NCBI GenBank assembly: GCA_965112155.1
Contig: OZ218103.1
Length of the DNA: 64,000 nt
Direction: 5' to 3' (one strand)
Origin: Podarcis liolepis
Taxonomy: Eukaryota
Part shown: piece after piece, positions 23,796-35,921 of the stretch
Layout: the number at the start of each line of letters is the position of its first letter
Numbering within the stretch: the first letter of the stretch is position 1
The notes under the pieces: generated by a model
Told to the model about the DNA's origin: nothing
Database searches by the model: none
Seen by the model: the letters and a program-made list of their open reading frames with translations, nothing else
Program-made: the position numbers and the translations under genes

Positions 23796-24755
23796 GTACC
23801 TACAAATGTGTGGCTGGTTTGACTGAGTTACTTTTTTTTCTGATGCGTTACTCTGCTTCTAGCATGGCCTGGCGACATTTTGCATTCTTAGGCCACCCCA
23901 CTGTACGCTTCTTGCGCTACAATTTTCTTAGTGGTTTCATTTGCATTTGGTTGACTGTTGCATGGTTCTGCAGCTCAGTGATGATCCAGGAGTAAAATCT
24001 ATGATTCCTGGCTTCTTCTTCTTCTTTTTTAAAACTACTATGTGAGCATAGTAGTTTATGCACTCTTATGCACACACAGAGAGGTGACTGCATTGCAATG
24101 AGTCTTCGGCAGTTATGCACATCAAGCCTTAAGCATCCTCAATCATATGCGTGCCTTTCATTTTCATGCCTGAGAATGGAATCATATGCTAAAAATAAAA
24201 CTGAATTCTCAACCCTGGAATTTCCTCATACATAGGTTTGCCATATGTTTGGAATTTCCGGAATACCGCTGTCCCTAGCAATGTCTGTCCAACAGTGTTG
24301 GGCAAGACTCAACAACATTTCTGTCCGGGTTGTCACTGTTTGAAATACGGCAATCCTATCATGCAGCAGATGGGGGGGGCACTTGCAAGTGGGAGGGGTA
24401 CAAAATGAAAGCACAACTAGGGAATGTGGGGGTGGAGCAGCTGGGTGGGATTGTATCTGCAGGGGAGGTTGGAGGGATTAAGCACCTATTCCCACCTGCT
24501 GTTTCTCCTTTACACCTCCCCCCACATTTGTTTCACCATGGTAAACATGGGTTTGGGAAACTTGCATTTGCCAGTGTAACCTTGCGCTATCGCCTTGGAG
24601 GCAGCTCCGAAAAGGTGATGCGTCCTTTTGTTTGTTTTCCTGCAGCACCACTCTCCCCCCCCCCCACTTTACGCTTCTTCCATTTCGAAGGCATTTTCTA
24701 GTAAGGTAAAACAAAACCTGCTTATTTCTGGTCTTCACTGCCTCTCTCCTTCCAG

Positions 24756-24925
24756 TGCCATCTGCAAGTATGACCAGACTGATCCGCTCCCGGACCCAGT
24801 CGTCCTCCAGCGTTGGCTCTGGAGAGAGCAGCCAAACACGGTCTCAAGCCAGCAACCCAGGGGAGGCAGCGGCTGGAATTCCTGGAGCAGCTGGTGCTCC
24901 TCAGACTATGGAAGTATCCTGCTAA
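24756..24925 (+). CDS. NDRG3: NDRG3 last coding exon: PSASMTRLIRSRTQSSSSVGSGE...QTMEVSC*
   Basis: cttccag| acceptor, TAA at 24923-24925; MEVSC is the NDRG family C-terminus. Confidence 0.96.
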
Positions 24926-27130
24926 GCAAGCAACCATCTTCTGTATCCAGACAATCCCTCTTCTCCCCTTCTGAACCCACCCAGAATCCAGTGTTCACCC
25001 AAACATGTGGCATTAATAAGTCCCCCTCCCAACCTTGTTCCTGCCCATCTTACTTGCCACCTTCTCAGCTATTTGTCTCTTTGGCATTATGTTCCGAATC
25101 TTTTCTTTTTTCCCTGCATTGGCTCCAGAAACATAGGCTGTGTACAGACGTTCCTGAAAACAGGAGTGGGCTTGTGGGCCTTTGGGGTGGGGAGGGTTGG
25201 TTGTGCAGGGTGAGCGCCTTTGCTGACACACAATCCAGAGCAGTCTCTCTCTCTCCTTTCTCACCACACGGCCGCCATGTTTCAGGTGAGCTGTCTGCTT
25301 TGCGTTTATTCCGCACCACCACCGCTCCCGGCCTTCATACGTCACCTGCTTCTTGTGATGTTTAGCATTTTGACAAAAAGGATTTTACTGTGCGGGAATT
25401 TGCTCAGTCTTGGTTGTTGTTTTTTTACTCTTTGGAACATGCTCTGAGAAAGTGGGGAGGTTTCATGACTCAGCCATGGCTGTCAGCTAATCGGCGCTGC
25501 ACAGAGCAATGCTTTGGGTGGGTGGGGAACATTTACGAGTGACTCAAGGGCTGGCCAATCAATGCTGTGCTAATCTAGCTTCTACTCAAACTGGAAAAGC
25601 AGAATCCTCCTGAGCTCAGACTGTGTGTGTGTGGCACAAGGGTGGCAAGTGAGCTTCCCCAGCGCGCTCGTCACATCTGTACGCATCCATTGCGCTAACA
25701 TTCCATTGGTGCTAATGGAGAGAGTTACTGTATATGTTGGTGCCAATCCTCCCCCCCCCCGCCCCGATTCCTGTGTTGTCAAACCATGTGAAAGTGGTGG
25801 GTCTCCTGTTTTGTTTTGAATCCAAATAATTTCTGTGGCTTGTGCACTTAGAACTGCTTTCTAGTTGTGCTTCTGCTGAAGGTTATTAGGGCTCTTGGCT
25901 GCAGTCTTTACAATGTCTTTGGGGCAGGGGTGAAGATTCAGTGTTTTAAAACTTCAGGGGTGGGTGGGTCTTGAATCCTGCACTGTCTGAACTCCCGGCA
26001 TATGCTGCATATTTTCACACTGTAGGGAAGTGTAAGTCTTTCATAGCAGAGGTGGGTGAAAGGCATCTCCTACCAGGACTGTTGGGATACCAGTTAAAGA
26101 AAGAGCAAGGTTTCTCATGAGCTTAGCTCTCCCTGATGAAAGTGTCCTATTCAGCAGTGTACAAGGGATTTTATACATTCTGCGGTAGCCAGAGTGCTGG
26201 CTTAAAGAGGCTTTAGAAAGGGAGCTGGATTATATTTAGAATGACTGACTTCTGCCACCCTGGGGGTGGGCGGCGGGGGGACCAGTGCTTTCCCAAGCTG
26301 GAGGAGGAGAAGAAGAAGAGAACAGTTGGCTTAAGATGTTCATACAAATATCTTACCCTGACTGTTTCATGATAGTGACTTGCACAATCAATTACACCTG
26401 TTAGACAGCCACTCTCCAAAAATAAAATGAATTTTCCAAAATATATTTAATGGTTGAGTAAAGTGAACTATATATTAACTGAAAAACCATAGATTTCTAA
26501 ATCATTGATGGAGGATTGTTTTTTCAGCCTAGGTCCCAGTAGTCACACAGTGCTCTATGGTAATAATGTCAATTTTGATGTAGCAGCAATTTTGATGTTC
26601 AACAACTGGGAAGTGTTTATTCTATATTTGCTAAACTTGCTGGACACTGATGCATTACAATTGCAATGCCAGTTCTATTAAATTGTATGTAGTCCAATCC
26701 CACCCCCACCCCCATTTTCCTGGTTTAAAACTGGCATTCTGCAAACTTCCCTATTCACTGCTATAGCCTCCTCATGGGGAATCCCCAAGCCTTTTAATTA
26801 TGAAACATGCTGTTTGCAATATGTGGGAATAACTTAGCAAACTGGTCAGTGGAGACTTCAGATTACGGTTTTGGACATCTGGAGGGACAGGCAAGCCAAT
26901 TTTATAGCCTTTCCCCAAGCAGTTATGTTGCTACAAAAAAACTTGGGGTGCGGGTGGGACTATATTGGGTCTATGATTTGTTCTGCTTGCATCATGCAGG
27001 CGTCTTGAGCTTGTATTGAGCTAAGGGAATGCATCTGTGTACTGTATAATGTAACAGTGTGCTCTGTTTAGGGCCTGTTTTTTTATATATTTTTCATAGG
27101 CTGATATTAAATCTATTGTCTTGAAAAATT
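24926..27130 (+). other. NDRG3: NDRG3 3' UTR (end approximate)
   Basis: Transposon-poor stretch after the stop; candidate ATTAAA at 27106-27111 after a U-rich tract (another AATAAA lies near 26421). Confidence 0.55.
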
Positions 27131-27846
27131 CAGCAGTCTTGATAGAAGTGGGTAGGTTTGCCCTGGGAGCTAGATAGTTCCCAGATTATATTGATCTCCT
27201 GAATTCGAAAGGTTGCTGCTTTTCTGCTTCCCGTTGGGTCACAGAAGACCAGAAGTGTGTGATTTCTGATCTGATAAGAGGGTGAAATAATTGCTGGTGT
27301 GCTGCTGACTTATTCATAATACAGTGGCAGAATATACTTGGCTCATGGGGCCAAGATCCTTGGAAAAACCAGGTTCAGCTCTGTTTCAAATAGGGAACCG
27401 GAAGATTCTGCTTGGGAGGGAAAATTCGTACTAATTAAATAAAGCTATAATCGAGTCTCATTGTTAATGTGGCTCTGTGTGTTTATTCCAAGTTTGGACT
27501 AGTCTCTATTAATTTCCAGAGCTCAGAACTATCAGATTTTGTCATCAAATGACTTCGTCATCAAATGAAACAGTGAGTTTCTCCAGTGTTCAAAAACACA
27601 AAACCCTGAATGGACAGCATAGCTAGTGTCCTGTCAATGTTTCTATGCAGTGCATATATTTTTGAGTCGTTTTTGAGTGCCATGGTAGAGAGACTGAGGT
27701 GTAGATAATATTAAAAAATCAAAGAGACACAAGTTGTGTAGTTATAGCATGTAAATTTCATCCAGAATTTTGAGGTTGGGGTGGTGGAGGGAAGAGTATG
27801 AACAAATGAAGGGTAACACGGTGCTGAAAGTCCCCTTGCCCTACTG

Positions 27847-28160
27847 CAGGGATGTCCAACCGGTCGACCGCTATTGACAGGTCGATCCCCAGATGATAGT
27901 GGTAGAATGATGTTGATCGCGGAGGCCCTTCTCTCCACGGGGGTGGGGGTGGGGGGAGAGAGCATCTGGCCCAGCCCACTTTCCTTCAATGGCACACGAC
28001 TGCGAAAACAAAACTAAAAAAAAGCTCAATAACTTTGGCCTGCTCCCCCCAAAAAGCTTAACAACTTTGGGTTCGCCCCCCCAAATGTGTAGATCACTGC
28101 TGGATTCCCACCCCCACCCCCCGGAGTAGATAGCAGCCTCTTGGGAGTTGGACGTCCCTG
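27847..28160. mobile_element. hAT MITE
   Basis: Terminal inverted repeats CAGGGA[T/C]GTCCAAC; 8-bp TSD CCCTAC[T/G]G. Confidence 0.85.
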
Positions 28161-28300
28161 CCCTACGGAAACTGCTCTCTCCCAGACTACTCATGACGTT
28201 TCATATTTTGTTCTGAGCTGGTTATGAGGCAGATCAGTAGTTACAACACCGAAGATAATTCTAAGCAAGCATATTGTTCTTACTGAGGCCTTATGAGTCC

Positions 28301-28320
28301 ACACACACACACACACACAC
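28301..28320. repeat. (AC)n microsatellite
   Basis: Read directly from the sequence. Confidence 0.9.
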
Positions 28321-30498
28321 CCCACTGTTCCCACCCTGTTGGCCTGAAGAATGTGGATCTTAAAGGGCTACATCTAGAAAATAAGTGTTAATCTCTCTTT
28401 CAGTGGCCTCCCACCTGATGCACTCCCCATATTGTTGGGCTGGCACAGTGCAGGAGGCAGCTATTTAAGATTCCTTGCTTGGACTCCGTGAGCTCGAGGC
28501 CAGCACCATTACAGCTGCTCCAGACTTAGCCAGCTCACCTTTGGACTCATGCCCAGGGCTATGACACCATCTTGACCTAGTACAGTCCCCATTCATAAAC
28601 GTTAGTGTTTCAGTTTGGGCAAGTACCAGAAATGTGAAAGAAACAAGGCTCTGTTGGGTCCTTTAAGATGTGGAGAGATCCATGAAGTATGCAGGAAAGT
28701 CCTTTAAAAAAGAAAAACACACTGGTTTCTCCACCCCCGCCCCCCCAAAAAATTGCACATGGACAACAGAAAGCAGCATGCACTAGGAGTTATGCTGCCG
28801 CCGGGGGGTAGGGGTGGGCAAAGACCTTCGGGGGGAAATGTCCTCAGGTGGGTGTGGTTTTCTCAGAGATCCCTGACTCTCCCCCACCTCCAGATCTTTT
28901 ATATTGCGTAAGAGAATTTTCCCAAAGAGTGGTTTCTGTAACTAAAAAGCAACAAATTGAACAAAAGGGTGAGCAAAAGTAATTCTCACATGAGAGTATG
29001 GCTCTCTCTGCTTGGGACTGCATTAACATGGAACTTCATAAGCATAGTAAATTCTTCGAGACTGAGTTAACAAAACCATTCCTGCTGCTGAAATGTGTAC
29101 ACTCGCTTGCTATTTACAATTAGAGTTGCTTGTCTCTTAACACACACCATTACAGAATTGATAGTACCAGAGGTCTAACACCTGGAATGATCCACTAATG
29201 TACATATGATGTATATACCATATGGAGAAGCATTGTGGAGGTTTCAGGTTTCTTGATCAAAATGATTTTGAGTGGCTGTTTTGAATATGTTATGAATATA
29301 TGTCTGACACCTTATCAACCCAGATTCCTCCATCTACTTCTCAATGTGCCCTTGTGACCTTTGGGTGCTGCCCACGCAAATGCAGCCTCACGTTATTCTG
29401 AGGGTAGCTTTGTGACGTCTTTGCATACATAATACTTATGACTAATACTGCCAGAAAGCTCCACTTGTCCATGGAAGAATTTTTTTTTAATATAAAAGAA
29501 ATCTACATTGGACATCTAAACTTCCTGATGTAGCAATCTGGGGGCTGTGACTAGTTAACAGGAACATCAAGGAACAAAGTGCTTCATCGGGATCTCTAAA
29601 TACAAGTGCTCATGGAAAATGTTCATGATGTTCGCTACTCACGTTACTTTCCATGGGACTGAGGAAACTGCAGAGGTGTTTTCAGAACTACATCTCATGG
29701 TAAGAAAACAACTTGAAAATAGTTGGATAAAATGGTTATTATACCATCAAGTATTGCCCTGAAAGAGCAGAAAATAGGTTTATTCCACTGACCGCTTGCT
29801 CCACTTTTGTTTCACCCATTGTTTGTTTTCATGAGGCGTTTGGTTGGTTGTGAGGTCTATACTCACCACCAGCTGGAGATGGTGGTGGTGATAGGAGTTT
29901 ATTTTGGGCTGCTGTGAAAGATACAATCTCATAAATGGCAGGTAGGCAGGAACTTAATAGTACTGAGGCCTCCTGTCACATGAAAGGTTGTATAAGCTAA
30001 CCAACCAACTGCATTGCTTAAGGACCAAAGTAGGGCTGTTGCTGTCATTATTTACTGAATTTATATCCAGTCCTGTCCTCCCCAAGGAGCCCAGGGAGGC
30101 AAACAGATGTACCATTTAAAAACAAAGCAAAAGCATTCTAAAACATATTAAAGCATTCTAAAAGCAATTGAAAACATTCATTCATCCAATGATCTTAAAG
30201 CAGTATTCTTTGGCCACCAAAAGAGACTTCAGGGCAGGTATGCCACCTCCACATCTGCGCCCTTTGGTTCTCTAGACTGAACCACCACCACCACACGAGA
30301 CACTTTCTGGATTTAAAACTTGCAGTGTGTACCTGTCTGTCTGGATTCTAAAACAATGGTGTCCCTTTGGGGGACAAGAAAGGCCATTCTCCATAAATGA
30401 CCACCCGTCCACAGGTAGTATCTAGCCTGCTGCAATTACCTGACTCTAGTTTGTTGTAAAATAAAGTCAAACAGTGTTGTAGAAGCATCTGTTTTCTG

Positions 30499-30811
30499 TG
30501 TGGTTTCCTCCCCCCTTTTTTTTCTGTCACACCAACCATTTTTCCACTTACGTCAAAAGGAAATTGAGCAGCTTGTGGGTTCTCGAGATTCAGCTCTTCT
30601 CAAGAACATGCAGTCAAACAACAGGAGCGGCACAAACTCACCGGCTGTTGGCTTAAGCTGTGCTTCAGGGAAGAAGGGCCAAGAGGATTCTGCTGCTTGG
30701 ATTTTACTTGGGTACTTGTGTACAGAACAAGAGGGCAGCCTGTTGCTTGGAAGACGCTGCAGCAAGAAATCCAAACTACTGAAGAGCACTGAATGCAGAG
30801 AATCTGGTCAG
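30499..30811 (+). promoter_or_regulatory. Candidate SLA2 promoter and non-coding first exon
   Basis: Abutting RUNX (TGTGGT) and ETS (TTCCT) cores at 30499-30509, then a donor-like CAG|gtgcgt at 30811/30812. The ATG exon has its own acceptor, so an upstream exon is needed. Confidence 0.4.
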
Positions 30812-31979
30812 GTGCGTTTATCTTTGGACACTGTTCATTAAAGGAACAGGTCTGGATTTGTGTTGGTGCATGCCTATGTATTGAGAGATGCGACCCAGTG
30901 TTCTGACTCCTATCCAGAAACGATTACAGCCAGGGGAACTGGGGTTGGGCTCCACCCTACCAACTGTCCTCAAGGGTCCTGTTTTGCAAGAGAGCTTCTT
31001 GCTTCTTCTTGTCGCATCACCATCTTGCTGTGATTTCTGAAGAGCCTGTGGCCATTTGGTGCTGGGATAGACAGGTGAGTGGTGCTCACAGTTGCATCAC
31101 TGGGAGCAGGAGGAACTGTTATGGAGCTAGAGACCACGATGCTTTTGAGAAATGGAACCAAGGATTTGGCAAATTTTATGGTGATAGTAGTAGAAGACTG
31201 GTGGGGCAAAGAGGCCACTGTAGGTGAATAAATGCTTTGCTGAAGTGTGCTTCATTGTAGGATTAAGATAAGTAGGAGAATAGTGAAAGAGGAGCCTTGA
31301 ATGTCCCTATGTCCCTGGTACCACGGTGGAAACCATAGAAGTGTGAAGAGTAACCATGAGGCTTTATCCACTAACAGGAAACGGCAATACAGGTTAACTT
31401 TAGGAAAGCTTTTTTTAATTATTGGGGCAGATAGCTATGTTACTGGCCACCAGGGCTGAGATCCAGAACTGATGTTTGTTGCCTGGTCATACTGATACGG
31501 ACTTAAACTCTACTCAAAGATTATTTCTTTTATCAATAGTTAATCTGTTTAGCTTTCAAACTGTGGGTGAGACATAAGTTTCAAAGATAGTGGAGCCATT
31601 ACTTCCAAACACGATTAGCCAGTGCATATTGTAACCAGGTTAGAAATGGATGGTATCTTAACACTGCCATCCTAGGCATGTGCTCTCAGCAGTACAGTCC
31701 AAACTGATTTGCAAAATACTTGGGAGTACATCAAACCTATGGCTAAGGCAATAAGTTCCATCTTTTCAAATGAGTGTGACATGTCCTAACTTGGCTGTGT
31801 TTTGTACTGCAGAGATTCTTCATCTGTTCACCTCTACTGTAGGATAGTCTTCACTGAAGAGTGTTAATCACCCCCTACTGGGCAACTCAAGGCTGGATTA
31901 AAGTGGCTGGGGGTTCCTACAGCAGTTTCCCAAATATGGCCCCTCTTATCCAAAAAATGAATGCATAAAGTAAGGAAAT

Positions 31980-32053
31980 ACATAGAATTGTAGAGTTGGA
32001 AGGGATTCCAAAGGTCACCTAGTCGAGTGTCATGCCCTACTGACTGAGCTATC
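31980..32053 (-). mobile_element. Short tRNA-derived SINE with a CR1-like tail (internally deleted)
   Basis: CATAGAATTGTAGAGTTGGAAGG tail and reversed tRNA A-box; related to the copy at 41958. Confidence 0.55.
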
Positions 32054-32944
32054 AGATACCTCAGATAAAGACTAAGCAATTTATTGTTGCAAAAGCTTCC
32101 ATGGACTACAAAAGCACCACCACAACACTCTGAGCAAGTGTAGTTTCATTTTTAAACTTGCTTCTCATGGTTTTTGCTCACTTTTGCCCACCAACTTACT
32201 TCACGTGGCTAAAGATACAAAGGAAGGCAAGGGAGGGCTCAGTGCTAGCATCCTAGACATCCAATTTTTGTTTCCTTTAACCAGGATGGTGTACCTTGTA
32301 CTATAAAGATCCATATTTTTCTTGGTACTGCAGTCTTGCAGAGTAGTACAACTCCAAGGCTTCAGTCCTTCTTAATCTAGCCTGACTACAATGCTTTACA
32401 GAGGCATAACTCCTACTTGTTTTCACAGGCCAGGCCAGCTTATGTCCTCATGACCCCTCTGATTTTGAGTCTTTTTCCAGGGTTAACTAATTCTTCCTTG
32501 GGCTATTAATGTTAACTTCCCTAGCGGACTCAAACCAATAACCAAACCAGTGATGAAGCCAGTAACATCTTACAGAGGCAGCAAATGGCTTCTTGCCTCT
32601 TTCCCTAACGCAATGCAAGGACACTTCAAACACTTGGCAGATAACTGAGTTCAGAGCAAATGATGGATAATGGCTGATAGAAGAGGTCCTTTGGAGCATG
32701 TGACTGAGTGGAGCCAAGGACAGAGGACTCCAAGCTGGGAACCTAGATCAGCATTTAGTTTTAGCATGTAGAAAAAGCTCTTATATCATTGGTGAGCAAC
32801 TGAATGGAAGCTCAATGGGAGGCTGGATGCAACCTTGAAGTTGATGCTGATGACCCTCTGTTTTCTCTCTTGTTAAAAGGTCTCTCTCAGTACTGTGATT
32901 TTAGACCACTATTACTTAAATCTACCAGCTGACGGCAGACTGTG

Positions 32945-33053
32945 ATGGGAAGTTTGCCCAGCAGGAGGAAGCAGATTGCTACTCAGCCAAGCCCACAGTC
33001 CAACGTAGAGAACAGCCAGGCCCTTGGCCTCAGCCGTGCTGTCAGGCCACAAG
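32945..33053 (+). CDS. SLA2: SLA2 coding exon 1: MGSLPSRRKQIATQPSPQSNVENSQALGLSRAVRPQ
   Basis: ATG at 32945; exon acceptor at 32879/32880; AAG|gtggga donor. Confidence 0.93.
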
Positions 33054-33595
33054 GTGGGAGGTTGTTCTGTGCTACCGATCCCTGGACATAGAAAGTTTAG
33101 GGTTGCATCCAATGCTAGTCCTACTCGGGGCAGATCCACTGAAATGAATGACCACTGCTAACTTGGGACCATCAGCACAGTGGAAGGTACCAGGTGGGGG
33201 AAGGATGATCCGGGACTGGGAGAATGGTGCCTTCTGGATAGTCTTGGACTGCAACTCCTACCACTGCTGACCATTGGTGATGTGTTGGCTAGGACTGATG
33301 GGAACTGGAGGTCCCAGACCTATATGGAAGGCACCATGTTGGCTGCCACTACTAGTTTAAACACTTCTCAGCTTTGCTGGCTAACTAACCGGTGAAGCAG
33401 GAATGTCTTAATCAGGCAGGGGAAGGCAGCCAAGAGGGGGCAAAACAAACCTCCCTGGGGAGGGAGTCCCACAATCAATAAGCCCTTTTGTGGTGCCCCA
33501 GCCACCAATGGGATGTCAAGAGAAGCTGCCTCTGTTGATCTGAAGGTTTGCACAGCTTCTGTATGGGAAGTCTTTTAGATCATTTGTTGCCATTA

Positions 33596-33807
33596 CAGTG
33601 GTACCTCAGGTTAAGAACTTAATTCGTTCTGGAGGTCCGTTCTTAACCTGAAACTGTTAATAACTTGAGGTACCACTTTAGCTAATAGGGCCTTCCGCCG
33701 CCACAAGATTTCTGTTCTCATCCTGAAGCAAAGTTCTTAACCAGATATACTATTTCTGGGTTAGCGGAATCTGTAACCTGAAGCGTCTGTAACCCAAGGA
33801 ACTACTG
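33596..33807. mobile_element. Tigger/pogo-like MITE, family B
   Basis: TA TSD; similar to 9448-9678. Confidence 0.85.
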
Positions 33808-34154
33808 TACTTGGCTTATCATCTATGTTCTCTGGGCAGTTAACAAAGAAAGGCTAAAAATCCATAAACCCCAGTCAACTAGAGCTCTAAAAATTAACAC
33901 CAGCCACTGTACCAGCTAAATAACCTAAGCCTAAGCTATTTAGGGCCTGAATTTAGGGCACTTTGAATTGTGTCTGGAAATGAACTAGAAGCCAGTGCAG
34001 CTGTTATAATAAGAGTGCACCCTGCTCCTAGGACACCTGAAGTTTCCTGATACTCTTCAAGGGCAGCCGCACATAGATTGCATCCTAGGGAAGCTCAAGG
34101 CATGGAAAGATTGTAAGTCGTTCGTTAACTATGTCTTTCTTTATTAACTTGTAG

Positions 34155-34251
34155 GTGAGAGTACCCCTATAGCTGTTGCTGTGTGTAATTTCCCTTCTGG
34201 ACATGCAGAGCCAATACTGTGGATGGGAGAGCAGCTGAATTTGCTATCTGA
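34155..34251 (+). CDS. SLA2: SLA2 coding exon 2 (SH3 first half): GESTPIAVAVCNFPSGHAEPILWMGEQLNLLSE
   Basis: ttgtag| ... |gtgagt, 97 nt. Confidence 0.93.
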
Positions 34252-34444
34252 GTGAGTACTTGCACTGAGATGATGAATGACAGAATTCCCTCTACCCATC
34301 TTGAAACATACACAAAGGTGTGGAAGAAGGGTGTCCTTGTGGAACTGGCCTGAACTCTGAGGCTAAGCTCTCTGTTGTTTGTGCTTAAGGCCCAGTTCCT
34401 TTGGCTTCTACTTGAGTATCCACAAAATATATAAAAGATAATTG

Positions 34445-34645
34445 AGAGCCAATGTGGTATAACAGTATTGGACTATGATCTGGGAGACCAGTGGTTGAAT
34501 TTCCTGCTCATTGGGTGACCTTGGCCCAGTCAAAGTCCCTCAGCCTAGCCGATCTCACAGAGGTGTTGTAAGGAGAAAATGGAAAGGGGAGAACCATGTA
34601 GACCACCTTTAGCTCATTGGATAAAAAGGTGGTATACAAATGTAA
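34445..34645 (+). mobile_element. MIR/CORE-like SINE
   Basis: GTGACCTTGG..TCTCACAGAGGTGTTGTAAGGAGAAAATG core. Confidence 0.65.
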
Positions 34646-35244
34646 GAAACAAGTCAGCCAGTCAAACTTAATTTTTAGAAACCATTTGTCACCACAGAAA
34701 TACAAATAGTATATAAATACATTTTCACATAGATGGTCTCCAGCACATGAGACCTCCTGTTGTATGATGAAATTTTGTGTGATCCATCTGGGCTGCTAAG
34801 GAAACTGAGAAACGTTGGGTACTATCCAACTAAGGAATCCCTCATCTCAAGGATTTCTGCTTGTGTGATGGGACTTCCCCTCCACTCCTCCCCCCAGCCA
34901 CACCCTCCCCATATCTGCTCCAGAGGGTTGGGGGAACCCCTAGAACAGTTAGGGGGCACAGGGTGAGGAGAGAGGGAGAATGTTCCATTGTATAAGCAGA
35001 AATCCTTACACCGACTGAACATTCTTGTAGTGCGATGTTGTATTTATCCCCACCTATCAACAAATAACAGATTTTCTCCCTGTTAGTTAAAAAGGAAAGC
35101 TGCTGGAAACAGTCTAAGTATTTTTGTCACGGTAATGGCCTGCCCCCTTCCCTAGTTCTCAATTATGAATAGGGAAGATCTTCAAGGAAGAGCTCATTGG
35201 AAAGTCTTGATTCTCAATTTTACAATATGCTTTTCTTTTAACAG

Positions 35245-35331
35245 AGATGGTGAATGGTGGAAAGTGGAGTCAGTAACCACGGGCAAAGGCTGCTATGTTC
35301 CCAGCAACCATGTTGCCAAAATCTCTCACGG
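35245..35331 (+). CDS. SLA2: SLA2 coding exon 3 (SH3 second half): DGEWWKVESVTTGKGCYVPSNHVAKISHG
   Basis: taacag| ... |gtagga, 87 nt; WW and PSN SH3 motifs. Confidence 0.95.
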
Positions 35332-35530
35332 GTAGGAGTTTCTGCTTTCCTGTTTATGCTGCAGCAATATAAATGGTCTGGTTGGGAGTAATTTGGGCAG
35401 CAGTAGGGCAGTTCAGGATGTGTCCCCCCCCCCACAGCTGCCTAAGAGTGTATATCCCTGGAGGATCCAGTCTTAGCCTGCATGGGACAAGGGTTCTGGG
35501 CAGTAACAGTGGCGTGCGCTTCTCTTCCAG

Positions 35531-35634
35531 GTGGCTCTATGAGGGCATCAGCCGATCAAAGGCTGAGGAGCTGTTGCTGCTGCCTTCCAACAGTGAAGGT
35601 TATTTTCTGGTCAGAGAGAGCCAAATGAAGAAAG
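35531..35634 (+). CDS. SLA2: SLA2 coding exon 4 (SH2): WLYEGISRSKAEELLLLPSNSEGYFLVRESQMKK
   Basis: ttccag| ... |gtactg, 104 nt; FLVRES motif. Confidence 0.96.
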
Positions 35635-35771
35635 GTACTGAGTCTCTTCAGAAATCTTCTGACTCACTGGATTCTAGGGAACAAAGTGGGCTGAAGAGTG
35701 TGGCTCAGAAAGTTCAGAGGTGATGATTTTATACTACTTTGTGGCCTGATGGTGTTCTCTCTCACATGCAG

Positions 35772-35921
35772 GTTGCTACTCTTTGTCTATCAGACACGCA
35801 ACTCGTGCTTCCTGGGATTGCGTGAAACACTATCGCATTAACTGCATGGAAAACGGCTGGCTTTACATCTCCCCTCGCCTCACCTTCTCGAGCTTGCAGG
35901 AGCTGGTGGAGTACTATTCTG
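35772..35921 (+). CDS. SLA2: SLA2 coding exon 5 (SH2): GCYSLSIRHATRASWDCVKHYRINCMENGWLYISPRLTFSSLQELVEYYS
   Basis: atgcag| ... |gtaatt, 150 nt. Confidence 0.96.

Larger units (their letters stand above)
12609..24925 (+). other. NDRG3: NDRG3 gene, coding span in window (5'-partial; alpha/beta-hydrolase-fold NDRG family)
   Basis: 13 exons splice in frame to 1023 nt (340 aa + stop), from [17 protein letters not shown] to QTMEVSC*. NDRG3-like motifs include [34 protein letters not shown] and the IPYVQLSHLS cassette. Confidence 0.96.

Noticed and set aside
24560-24590. CAGTGT as a possible iron-responsive element loop
   Set aside because: The flanks do not form the 5-bp upper stem, and the site is intronic.
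24628-25365. 245-aa ORF overlapping the last NDRG3 exon in another frame
   Set aside because: No ATG start, low-complexity Ser/Pro composition and no recognisable domain. It is explained by the GC-rich exon plus UTR.
27130-32880. Possible remnant of a CCN or thyroglobulin paralogue between NDRG3 and SLA2
   Set aside because: No Cys-patterned exon remnants are visible in the ORF track or by eye.
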